From the NCBI GenBank assembly GCA_049969675.1, contig JBMFOP010000047.1, positions 1 through 25,350 on the forward strand: a stretch of DNA of 25,350 nt, read 5' to 3'. The DNA is from Myxococcota bacterium (GTDB taxonomy: Bacteria; Myxococcota; SpSt-1050). The position numbers were made by a program, and so were the translations under genes. Shown here piece by piece: positions 8,511 to 17,655 of the stretch (its first letter is position 1; the number at the start of each line of letters is the position of its first letter). The notes beneath the pieces are model-generated. The model was not told the origin of the DNA. It was given only the letters and a program-made list of their open reading frames with translations, and searched no databases.

Positions 8511-10274
8511 CTATTTATTTTCCTCTTTCGCCTTTCTTGACTCCATTACCTTCTTATAAAGTGGGTCATTCTCCTGCAACTCCCTTCTCAACACCTTACC
8601 TACGAGTGACTTTGGGAGGTCCTTTCTAAATTCAATATATTTTGGGACTTTGTAATGTGTCATATTTTCCCTACACCACTTGAGCAACTCCTCTTCAGTA
8701 ATCTTCCCATCTGATTCGGGCTTCAGGACCACCCACGCCTTTATAACTTCACCCTCCACCTCATCAGGGATACCAGCAACAGCGACCTCAGAGACATGTT
8801 CATTATTCCCTATCAACTCTTCAACCTCTTTGGGGAATACAGAATAGCCCTTGTGTTTGATGAGTTGCTTCTTCCTGTCTCTCAGGAATACTGCACCCCC
8901 TTCATCCATAAAGCCCAGGTCTCCGGTTAGCAGCCAGATCTTTCCATCCATCTCCACAAGCGTCTCTGCTGTCTCATCCGGACGATTCAGATAACCTTTC
9001 ATAACCTGTGGTCCGGCAACAGCAAGCTCACCTACCTCACCTATTGGCATCTCTTTATGAGGATCCATAGGGTCAACAATCTTCCAATCGGTGCCGGGGA
9101 AAGGCAGACCGATGGACCCAATCTTACGATTACCCCAGAATGGTCCTGCACTTACAACCGGAGATGCCTCAGTAAGTCCATACCCCTCAACCAATCTCGC
9201 CCCAGTACTCCTTTCAAATGCCTCCTGAACAGGTCTGTGTAGTGGCCCGGCCCCTGAGACACAGAGGGAGAGTTTCCCTCCGAGATTATATTTTGCAATA
9301 TCCGGGTATTCAGCAAGACGCTTAAATAAGATCTCAGCCCCAACATACATAAGCCCATCTCCAGTTGCCAGTCTCTCAATGTCCATAAGAAGGTCATCTG
9401 CTTTGGGAGGTCTCGGATAGAGAAGCATCCAACCACCATTACATATTGAGATATTCATAACGCAGGTCATTGCAAAGGAATGAAATAGTGGGATGACACC
9501 TATCACACCCACACCGGGCCTTGCCTTGTATAGCCACGCCTTTGACTGAATTGCATTTGCTACCAGATTCCTATGGGTTAGTACCGCTGCCTTGGGAACA
9601 CCGGTGGTCCCTCCCGTCATAATATAAGTGGCTGTATCATCGGGCTCAATCTTTACATCTGGAAGGTTAATTGAATGCCTTGCAAGAGAGCGCAGCATCA
9701 GAGTGCCGGATGGTAGCCTACCACTTGGAATCTTATTTAAGAGCTTCCCCAGAAATTCCTTTATAAAACCAAGGCCCAGAAAATCAGCTATATTGGTCCC
9801 GATGAGAATCTTAATATCTGACCTGTCTATTATTGGGGCTATGGTCGTCTCGTATAAACTATCCAGAACCACCAGCGCCTTTGCACCGATAGTCTTTAAT
9901 TGATGAAGAACCTCAGCAGGTTTATAAGTAGGATTTATTCCAGAGACAATTGCGCCCAGCCTTATGACAGCATAGTAACATATGACATACTGGATGGAAT
10001 TTGGGAGCATTAAAGCCACCACATCACCCTTTTTAATTCCCAATTTTGCAAAAGCAGATGCTACCCTATTTACATAATCATTTAGCTCTCTGTAAGTAAC
10101 GCTTTTGCCCAAAAAGTAGATAACGCGATAATCTGGATACTTCTTTGCACTATCATTCAACATCTCACCCAGTGATATCTCCGGAAAATCAATATTCTTT
10201 GGAACCTCATCAGGCCAGCCCGATTCCTTTCTGAACCACGGTTTGTTCTCATCAACATAAAATCTCTTATCCAT
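8511..10274 (-). CDS. Long-chain fatty acid--CoA ligase (AMP-forming, FadD/LcfA-like)
   Basis: TGGTTGVPKAA AMP-binding loop, EGYGLTEASP, TGDLG, LPKSLVGKVLRR. Confidence 0.92.
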   Translation of the reverse strand: MDKRFYVDENKPWFRKESGWPDEVPKNIDFPEISLGEMLNDSAKKYPDYRVIYFLGKSVTYRELNDYVNRVASAFAKLGIKKGDVVALMLPNSIQYVICYYAVIRLGAIVSGINPTYKPAEVLHQLKTIGAKALVVLDSLYETTIAPIIDRSDIKILIGTNIADFLGLGFIKEFLGKLLNKIPSGRLPSGTLMLRSLARHSINLPDVKIEPDDTATYIMTGGTTGVPKAAVLTHRNLVANAIQSKAWLYKARPGVGVIGVIPLFHSFAMTCVMNISICNGGWMLLYPRPPKADDLLMDIERLATGDGLMYVGAEILFKRLAEYPDIAKYNLGGKLSLCVSGAGPLHRPVQEAFERSTGARLVEGYGLTEASPVVSAGPFWGNRKIGSIGLPFPGTDWKIVDPMDPHKEMPIGEVGELAVAGPQVMKGYLNRPDETAETLVEMDGKIWLLTGDLGFMDEGGAVFLRDRKKQLIKHKGYSVFPKEVEELIGNNEHVSEVAVAGIPDEVEGEVIKAWVVLKPESDGKITEEELLKWCRENMTHYKVPKYIEFRKDLPKSLVGKVLRRELQENDPLYKKVMESRKAKEENK

Positions 10275-10459
10275 TGCACACTCCCTTGATAAAAGGTTAA
10301 TTCACCCCCAAAACCATTTAGGAACGATGTCTATATAGCAAAATTAAATATCCAATGCAAGAATTTTTATTTGCTCAAGATTCCTTCTCTAACTTTTTAC
10401 TGTTGTCTTAAGATTAGTAAATGGATGGTCAGGCTGACACAACTCTATTTGAGTGACAA

Positions 10460-11506
10460 TTATTTTGAGAACCTCTCCTTCTGCTCCCTAAAATAATCTT
10501 CAGAAGGTTTTAACTTAATCGCCTCCTCCTCCGCCTTAACCGCCTCAACTTTATTACCCTTTAAGAAATATAGCTCGGCGAGTATATCCCACGCATCATC
10601 ATCATTGGGGTCCAGATCCGTTGCCTTCTTTGCATTTTCAATGCCCTGGTCAACCCTCCACTTATTCTTCCAGCAGATGTAGGCAAAAGTCTTATAGGGC
10701 TCTTTAGAATTTGGATTCTTCTTTATCAACTCTCTGAGCTTCATCATCGCCACCCCCTCTTTACCACTCTTAATATAGGCTGAGAGCAGGAAAATATATG
10801 CAGACTTTGCCTCCTTTGATTCAGGGAAGAGCTTTATAACCTGCTCCAGGTGGGCAGCCGCGAGGTCATAATCTTTCAACCCTCTAAAATAGAGATATTT
10901 CCCGAGCGAAGAGAGGACCTGTGATGCATACCCTTTCTCATTCTTCTGGTCAGCCTTCAGGACTTTTTCACAATACCTCTTTGCCTTCTCTCTATCAGCC
11001 TTGAAGATATAGGACATACATACATTAAACATCAACTCAATGTCCTTTGGATTGGCATCAGATTTCTTTGCCATCTCATCCAGTTCGCTCTTACCGCTCT
11101 TTATCTGTTCAAGGCTCTTCTTTATTCTCTGCTCATCTATCTCATCCACAAGTCTGTCCATCTCCTTCCCATTTGAATCAAGTATCAAAAGAGTCGGGAA
11201 GGCAGTAATCTTATATTGATTAAAAAGCTTCTCTCCCTCACCTTCCTCACCATTGCAACGGGCAAATACATAATTTGAGAGAACCTCCTTTACACCATCA
11301 GACTGAAGGACCTTTTTATAGAGCTCCCTGCAGGCAGGGCACCAGTAGGCATAAAAATTTATTACTATTTCCGTCTTCTTATCAGATGCAAGAGTCTTTA
11401 AGTGATTTATATCGCACCTCTCAATATTCAAATCTGCCCCCGATACATAAAGAGGGAGAACAATAATCAAAGACATAAAAAGGAAGAATTTTTCAAATTT
11501 CATCAA
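10460..11506 (-). CDS. Exported thioredoxin-fold + TPR protein
   Basis: Signal peptide; NFYAYWCPACREL and AFPTLLILD thioredoxin motifs; C-terminal TPR-like helices (DPNDDDAWDILAELYF...EAIKLKP). Confidence 0.85.
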   Translation of the reverse strand: MMKFEKFFLFMSLIIVLPLYVSGADLNIERCDINHLKTLASDKKTEIVINFYAYWCPACRELYKKVLQSDGVKEVLSNYVFARCNGEEGEGEKLFNQYKITAFPTLLILDSNGKEMDRLVDEIDEQRIKKSLEQIKSGKSELDEMAKKSDANPKDIELMFNVCMSYIFKADREKAKRYCEKVLKADQKNEKGYASQVLSSLGKYLYFRGLKDYDLAAAHLEQVIKLFPESKEAKSAYIFLLSAYIKSGKEGVAMMKLRELIKKNPNSKEPYKTFAYICWKNKWRVDQGIENAKKATDLDPNDDDAWDILAELYFLKGNKVEAVKAEEEAIKLKPSEDYFREQKERFSK

Positions 11507-11581
11507 ATACCTCCTTAAATAAGGTTAATACACAGGATAGATACTATCAAATTTTACACCCTTTGTGAAATAAAATCTACA

Positions 11582-13327
11582 CTATTCAAGGATCCCACAC
11601 CCACATCCAGAAGACCTATCTCCCGTCTCTGTAATCGTAATCGGTATACCTTCCTGAGCAGGACTATCGGTGACACCGCCATCTATATCCCACTCATTTA
11701 GATATGGCACAAATTTTGCAGATATAGTATGTCCCTTATCCACATTTGTAAATGTATAAGAACTTACCTTCCCAACGGAGATATCATCTACAACCACATC
11801 CTCAATAGAATATCCAGTATTTGGAAGAATCTCAAATGTCTGGTTAGATCCGTATTTAACAGATGGATTCTCTGGAAGAATTTTTCCACCCTCTCCATAA
11901 ACAGTGGTTATCTGAAATGTCCTGAGAGTAAATTCTACACCAACTTTCTTTTCAGAGTCCATTACCACAGAGCAGAGAGGTTCATCCACACATTGTGTGC
12001 CGGTGTAACTTACAAATAATGAACTCTCAGATGGAATGGCTATAAGTTTAACCAATTCACCATCTGCGAAATCCTTACTACAGTTTCCACCACAATCTAT
12101 CCCTGCTGGTTCTGAAGTTACCCTTCCATCTCCATCCCCCGTCTTATAAATATTCAATAAAAAGCTACATAGTTCTCCAGAGAATTTGCTATCAAAATTA
12201 CTTTGATAGGTCAATGGATCAACATCAACAAATACCACCATAAGATTGTCACATAGTGTATTCGGGACAATAGATGGCTCATATAATGAAGCCTTCTCGG
12301 TGGAATCCACCATCTCCTCTGATAGAATTGCCCCCTGTGTGGAAACAGTATTTATCACAATATTTGAAACTGAATTCTGCAACTCCTCCTTCTGAAATGC
12401 GAGTATAAACTTATTTGAATAAGGATTATAAGCAGTATCTGGATTCTTATTTCTAAAAGAATCGTTTGTGATATCAAGACTTTTGATTATCTTTGCATTT
12501 TCACCGATAATCAGCCCCTTAATATTATACGCCCCAATACCTGCTACATAGTCAGTAAATACGGCAAAGAATAATTTTTCTATATTATTAAAGGTTATAG
12601 AGACATTACAATCAGGGGCAGTGGTATCTGCCAATCTGCTCTCAGAGATATAATTCAAGTTTTTATCAAGAAATCTTAAATAGACACCATAATTATTTAC
12701 ACCATCCCCTTTAGAATATAACAATGCAAATCTACTATTATTGACATCGTTTACAATATCAAAGGATGATACAGTCATTGCATCCCTCAACAAGACTACT
12801 TCATTATTTGAAATTCTCCCATTACTATTTACAAAATTCCCATATATAATAGGGGCAGACCTGTTCCTTCCATCATACCATACTACGAGAAATCTTTCGT
12901 TATCCTCATCCGCAATAACCACTGCATCACCTATAAAATATGCATTTGAGGAGATAGTAAACGGACTCAGGGCTGAACTACCATCGGATTTAATAAGCTG
13001 GCCCTGTAGATAGCAACCTATATTTCCAGTACAGTAATTATACACCATCAACGCAATACCTTGCTTTTTTAAGTATGCCAACGAGAGAGTTTTTGCATTA
13101 TCATTATTCAAAAGTACCTCAGCCACTTTATTCCCCTTCCTATCCAGAATGAGAGAATAAATGCCGTCATAGGTAGTATTCTGCACAGAATAAACAGATA
13201 GATAACTCATACTATCTTCCATAAAGATCAATTTTGGATAAAATACACCAGACTCCTGAGCATGCAGATCAGCATAGATAAATAGAATCGTTATCGCGCA
13301 CAGCAAATCAAAGCAGAATCTCTTCAC
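11582..13327 (-). CDS. Secreted protein: beta-propeller-like N-region, two divergent InlB B-repeat-like domains, C-terminal GCGC tail
   Basis: Signal peptide (..LHA|QE); repeats such as RFLVVWYDGR and PDTAYNPYSNKFILAF; KTGDGDGRVTSEPAGIDCGGNC and YGSNQTFEILPNTGYSIEDVVVD...HTISAKF; GTG start with GGAGG RBS. Confidence 0.75.
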   Translation of the reverse strand: MKRFCFDLLCAITILFIYADLHAQESGVFYPKLIFMEDSMSYLSVYSVQNTTYDGIYSLILDRKGNKVAEVLLNNDNAKTLSLAYLKKQGIALMVYNYCTGNIGCYLQGQLIKSDGSSALSPFTISSNAYFIGDAVVIADEDNERFLVVWYDGRNRSAPIIYGNFVNSNGRISNNEVVLLRDAMTVSSFDIVNDVNNSRFALLYSKGDGVNNYGVYLRFLDKNLNYISESRLADTTAPDCNVSITFNNIEKLFFAVFTDYVAGIGAYNIKGLIIGENAKIIKSLDITNDSFRNKNPDTAYNPYSNKFILAFQKEELQNSVSNIVINTVSTQGAILSEEMVDSTEKASLYEPSIVPNTLCDNLMVVFVDVDPLTYQSNFDSKFSGELCSFLLNIYKTGDGDGRVTSEPAGIDCGGNCSKDFADGELVKLIAIPSESSLFVSYTGTQCVDEPLCSVVMDSEKKVGVEFTLRTFQITTVYGEGGKILPENPSVKYGSNQTFEILPNTGYSIEDVVVDDISVGKVSSYTFTNVDKGHTISAKFVPYLNEWDIDGGVTDSPAQEGIPITITETGDRSSGCGCGILE

Positions 13328-13356
13328 GGCATACCTCCTGAAACATAGACTGATTT

Positions 13357-13385
13357 ATATTAACATCTATAAAAAAATTATACAA
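13357..13385 (-). promoter_or_regulatory. Candidate sigma70 promoter for 11582..13327
   Basis: TTGTAT-17 nt-TAATAT with an extended -10 TG. Confidence 0.5.
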
Positions 13386-13417
13386 GTGAATTCAATTTGG
13401 AACAGATAAAATGACAA

Positions 13418-13903
13418 TTATTCTTCAATTACATCAATGGTCATCTCTACTCGTTCATAAGGCATGTCATTTCTATCCCGAGGGAGATTCACTATCTTAT
13501 CTGCGACCTCCATACCTGATGTCACTCTTCCAAAGACAGTGTATTTACCATCTAAGAAGAGCGAATCCTCAACTACTATAAAGAATTGGCTACCTGCACT
13601 ATCGGGGTCCTGTGCCCTTGCCATAGAGAGAATACCTCTCTTATGGAAATGTTTGTTAAATTCTGCCTTAATAGTATATCCGGGTCCACCGGTCCCCGGG
13701 ATTCCACGGGCACCTAACTTTGTATTAGGACATCCCCCCTGTATCATAAATCCGGGAATTACCCTATGAAATGTAGTCCCGTTGTAAAATCCAGACTTTG
13801 CAAGCCTTAAAAAATTCTCAGTGTGTACGGGTGCTACATCGGTAAATAGTTCGAGCTCAATCGTTCCATATTTTGTTATAATCCTCGCCCTCGGATTTGA
13901 CAT
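13418..13903 (-). CDS. Cyclophilin-type peptidyl-prolyl cis-trans isomerase
   Basis: [48 protein letters not shown]. Confidence 0.96.
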   Translation of the reverse strand: MSNPRARIITKYGTIELELFTDVAPVHTENFLRLAKSGFYNGTTFHRVIPGFMIQGGCPNTKLGARGIPGTGGPGYTIKAEFNKHFHKRGILSMARAQDPDSAGSQFFIVVEDSLFLDGKYTVFGRVTSGMEVADKIVNLPRDRNDMPYERVEMTIDVIEE

Positions 13904-13914
13904 AAAATCTCCTT

Positions 13915-15414
13915 TTAGTCATTAAAGATATAATCAAACCAGAATTTTTTACTTCTGTCCATTGAGAGATCCACATGGATATGTTTTATTTGTGTAAACT
14001 CTAAAAGGCCATGAGGGCCAAGTTCCCTCCCAACACCAGACTGCTTATATCCACCAAATGGTGCAAGTGGATTTATCAGATGATAGTCATTTATCCAGAC
14101 AGTCCCTGTACGGATCCTCTTTGCAATCTGAATTGCCATTGGGATATCCCTTGAGAAGACCGCCCCTCCAAGTCCGTATATTGAATCATTCGCCATATTG
14201 ATTGCGTCATCCAGTTCATCATATTTTATTATTGAGAGAACCGGTCCAAATATCTCTTCTTTAGCAATAGTCATATTATTTGAGACATTTTCAAATACAG
14301 TAGGAAGAATAAAGAATCCGTTCTTTAATTCTTCCGGTACCTTTCCTCCACAGAAGAGCTTTGCACCTTCTGCCTTCCCCTTCTCAATATATCCGAGTAC
14401 CCTCTTATGCTGCGATTCAGAGACAACAGGTCCCATAGTAGATTCAAAATCAAGTGGGTCACCTACTTTTATGTGAGTAATTCGCTCCTTCATTCGCCCC
14501 ATAAACTCATCATAGATTGAAGAGTGCACAAAACAGCGCGTTCCTGATTCACATACCTGACCGGCATGAAAGAAGGTCCCAAATAATGCACCATCCACCG
14601 CTACACTCAAATCTGCATCTGGACATATAATTGTAGGGCTCTTACCTCCAAGTTCAAGCGTTACCTTCTTTATAGTATCCGCTGCAAGCCTCATAACATT
14701 TCTTCCCGTCTCAGTTGAACCTGTGAGAGCGACCTTATCTACCATTGGATTTTTACAGAGTTCCTCACCCACAACAGAGCCCGAGCCAGTCACAATATTC
14801 AAAACACCTTCTGGCAGACCTACCTCTACTGCCACCTTTGCTATCTCAAGCGCAGTCAAAGGTGTATCGGACGCAGGTTTGAGTATTATAGTATTTCCCA
14901 TTATGAGTGCAGGTGCGATCTTCCATACAGCCATCATAAATGGAAAGTTCCATGGAATAATTCCAGCACATACCCCAATCGGCTCCCGATTCACAAAATT
15001 CCAGCTTATATAAGGGAAGTCGATCCAGGGGAGAGGTTCATATGTTGGAATCCTCTCTCCCAGCTCAACAAGTGCCCTGAAGTGTTCAATCCCAACAGGG
15101 ATATCCATCATAGAGGTCTTCCTGATAGTAGCACCCGAATCCATTGATTCAATTCTGGCGAGATCATCCTGTCTCTCCTGCAATCTCTCTACCATTTTAT
15201 AAAGCAGTTTTGCCCTCTGCTTCACATTCATCCCGCTCCAGACTCCGCTGTCAAATGTCTTTCTGGCTGATTCAATCGCCCTTCTTGTATCCCCAATTGT
15301 GGCAACAGGCACAAGGGCAATCTCTTCTCTATTTGCTGGATTTATAGTGGGCCTGTATTCGCCACTCTCAGACTCCACCAGTTCACCATTGATTAACATC
15401 TTATATTTTTCCAT
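13915..15414 (-). CDS. NAD(P)-dependent aldehyde dehydrogenase (substrate unknown)
   Basis: [32 protein letters not shown] (catalytic Cys), [17 protein letters not shown]. Confidence 0.96.
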   Translation of the reverse strand: MEKYKMLINGELVESESGEYRPTINPANREEIALVPVATIGDTRRAIESARKTFDSGVWSGMNVKQRAKLLYKMVERLQERQDDLARIESMDSGATIRKTSMMDIPVGIEHFRALVELGERIPTYEPLPWIDFPYISWNFVNREPIGVCAGIIPWNFPFMMAVWKIAPALIMGNTIILKPASDTPLTALEIAKVAVEVGLPEGVLNIVTGSGSVVGEELCKNPMVDKVALTGSTETGRNVMRLAADTIKKVTLELGGKSPTIICPDADLSVAVDGALFGTFFHAGQVCESGTRCFVHSSIYDEFMGRMKERITHIKVGDPLDFESTMGPVVSESQHKRVLGYIEKGKAEGAKLFCGGKVPEELKNGFFILPTVFENVSNNMTIAKEEIFGPVLSIIKYDELDDAINMANDSIYGLGGAVFSRDIPMAIQIAKRIRTGTVWINDYHLINPLAPFGGYKQSGVGRELGPHGLLEFTQIKHIHVDLSMDRSKKFWFDYIFND

Positions 15415-15447
15415 CAGACACCTCCCTGTTCTTTTAAGGATTGAATC

Positions 15448-15476
15448 ATATTAACAGCCTAACTAATTTGCGTCAA
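15448..15476 (-). promoter_or_regulatory. Candidate sigma70 promoter for the ALDH-cyclophilin pair
   Basis: TTGACG-17 nt-TAATAT with an extended -10 TG. Confidence 0.6.
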
Positions 15477-15536
15477 TCATAAAATTATCTACTGATAGAG
15501 AAAATTACAAAAGTTCACCGCACTGAAAAAAGATGT

Positions 15537-15565
15537 TTGAAATTTGAGAACCAATCAAGTATAAT
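15537..15565 (+). promoter_or_regulatory. Candidate sigma70 promoter for the lipoprotein gene
   Basis: TTGAAA-17 nt-TATAAT, followed by GGAGG RBS and ATG 15588. Confidence 0.65.
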
Positions 15566-15587
15566 GAAATTTGCTGGAGGTTAGACT

Positions 15588-17648
15588 ATGTACAAAAATA
15601 TAATATTAGCAACTACTTTAATGATTCTCATCCTTTCAGCCTGCGATTGTGGAGATACCGCCACTGGAGATATAGGAAAAAATCCTGACGCTGTAATAAA
15701 TCTGGACGGAGGCTCTGGAGATACACTGACAGATACATATGTCCCGCCCTGTCCAAAAGGTCAGGAACTTATGTGTGGAATATGTAAACCCATCAGGTGC
15801 CAGACAGATTCGGACTGCAACCCCGGACAGATATGTTCCAGAAGGGCCTGTGTGGATTCGTATCTGGAATGTTCTGGAGGAGACTGTGCAATAGACGGAA
15901 TGGAATGCGATTCTAATGGGCAGTACTGTCATTTTAAGAAGTGTGGAGCACAAAATAGCTGCCCCGAGGGATTCTTCTGTATGAATACATTCTGTATGAA
16001 GAGACTACCCTGTAATGGCAAATGTGGAGAGAAGGAGGTCTGTCTTGCAGAGACGGATAGATGCATCCCGGCCCCTGATGTTGAATCCTGCAAAAAGAGT
16101 TGCAAACCGGGTGAGATATTGATGTTCTCTGACCCACCGGAGGATTCAACATTCAGCAGTTGCAAGGAGATTAAGTGTGAATGCAAGGTATTACCCGACC
16201 TCCCGGTTGGGGACCTTGGATATTATTCACGATTATCTATGACAAAGACAAATGAATTTGTTGCGAGTGCATATAATAAGACCTATGGAGACCTTGTCTT
16301 TGTAAAATTTCTCTTTGATAACAATGGGAATGGCCCCCTCGGAGAATACGACCAGAAATCAGTTCAATTCATTGATGGAGTCCCTGCAAACGGTCAGCTT
16401 GCTGGAAATCCAGAAGGTATAAGGAAGGGGATAAAAGATGCCGGTCCCGATTCAGGAAAATATACATCAATCGCCATTGATAGTTCAGATAGAATAATGA
16501 TTAGCTACTACGATGTATCCACTACTTCTCTAAAATTCGCCTACTATGATGGGGCTATATGGAGCACTCACACAGTGGATGGAAGTGGTGCAGATGTAGG
16601 TATGTACTCCTCTATCACCCTATCCTCAACAGGGCTACCGTATATAGCATACTTCCAGAAAAATGGGGCATCAGGAGATGAGAGACTCAATTCTAAACTA
16701 AAACTCGCACTCCCAATTTCAAATCAGGTTCCTCAGAAACCAGAAGACTGGAAGATAATGGATATTGATACAGCAAAGGTGAGCTGCCGCGGATTATGTC
16801 CATCTGATAGCGCCTGTATTGAAGAAAGCAATCAGACAATCTGTAGAAAACTCTCTTCAGACCAGAAAGCCTGCAAAGAGGGAGCCGGTTGTGGAAGTGA
16901 TGAAAAGTGTGTGCTGGACGATACAGAAGCCCCTGTATGTAGAAAGGATGCAGGGACAGTTGCATATGTAATTGAAGAGGGAGTTGGGCTCTTCCCTTCA
17001 ATTAAGGTCCATACCGATGGAAAAATTTACATTGCTTATTACGACAGGTCACCGATTGACATTAAGAACTACAAAGGGAACCTCAAACTCGCCACTATTG
17101 AAGGAGAGACAATAAATATTGAGATACTTGATGGAGAAGACGGAGGTGGAAACGATACTGGAGATGTCGGAAGATTTGCATCGCTTGACTTTGCCCCTGA
17201 TGGAAGAATGGGGATTGCATATTACGACGCAACATTAAATCAACTAAAATACTTTGAGAGATTCACAAATGAACCACCAAAGATTGAGGTGGTCTATTCG
17301 GGAGTAACTCCCGGACTGAAAGAATTTGCAGGTCCAGACTGCTCACTCGCCTTTGATAAGGATAGTATGGCTCATATATCTTTTCAGGACGCCACCAATC
17401 ACAGGCTACTATTTGCCTCAAGACAGGATGGCGACCCACCATGGAGCCCGGGAGATGTCATTACTCTCTTATCCCCGACAGATGATGCACTCAAAAATAG
17501 ATTTGGAGAAGGTGGATATGGGTTCTTTATCAGTATGATATTAAAGGATAAAACGGCATATATCAGTTCAATGAAGCTCGGATTCAAACAGGGCGATGAG
17601 GGGACAGTCTCAACAGCGAGATTCCTGATTATTAAGAAAGAGTTTTAG
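15588..17648 (+). CDS. Cys-rich lipoprotein with seven-bladed beta-propeller-like repeats
   Basis: Lipobox LSA|CDC; Cys-rich N-region; seven G-x-(Y/F)-x-S-(I/L)...I-(A/S)-Y-(Y/F)-D-like repeats. Confidence 0.8.
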   Translation: MYKNIILATTLMILILSACDCGDTATGDIGKNPDAVINLDGGSGDTLTDTYVPPCPKGQELMCGICKPIRCQTDSDCNPGQICSRRACVDSYLECSGGDCAIDGMECDSNGQYCHFKKCGAQNSCPEGFFCMNTFCMKRLPCNGKCGEKEVCLAETDRCIPAPDVESCKKSCKPGEILMFSDPPEDSTFSSCKEIKCECKVLPDLPVGDLGYYSRLSMTKTNEFVASAYNKTYGDLVFVKFLFDNNGNGPLGEYDQKSVQFIDGVPANGQLAGNPEGIRKGIKDAGPDSGKYTSIAIDSSDRIMISYYDVSTTSLKFAYYDGAIWSTHTVDGSGADVGMYSSITLSSTGLPYIAYFQKNGASGDERLNSKLKLALPISNQVPQKPEDWKIMDIDTAKVSCRGLCPSDSACIEESNQTICRKLSSDQKACKEGAGCGSDEKCVLDDTEAPVCRKDAGTVAYVIEEGVGLFPSIKVHTDGKIYIAYYDRSPIDIKNYKGNLKLATIEGETINIEILDGEDGGGNDTGDVGRFASLDFAPDGRMGIAYYDATLNQLKYFERFTNEPPKIEVVYSGVTPGLKEFAGPDCSLAFDKDSMAHISFQDATNHRLLFASRQDGDPPWSPGDVITLLSPTDDALKNRFGEGGYGFFISMILKDKTAYISSMKLGFKQGDEGTVSTARFLIIKKEF

Positions 17649-17655
17649 AAGATAA

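Noticed and set aside
10335..10362. Sigma70 promoter for the acyl-CoA ligase (TTGCAT-17-TATATA)
   Set aside because: The -10 lacks the conserved final T and the region is AT-rich, so support is too weak.
11545..11575. Hairpin TTTCACAAAGGGTGTAAA as an intrinsic terminator
   Set aside because: Weak, mismatched AT-rich stem with no clear U tract.
11582..11600. CaaX prenylation motif
   Set aside because: The last Cys is fifth from the end (CGILE), and CaaX prenylation is a eukaryotic process.
15750..16190. Possible c-type cytochrome or ferredoxin in the Cys-rich tracts
   Set aside because: No CxxCH motif, and the spacing fits disulfide-bonded extracellular modules.
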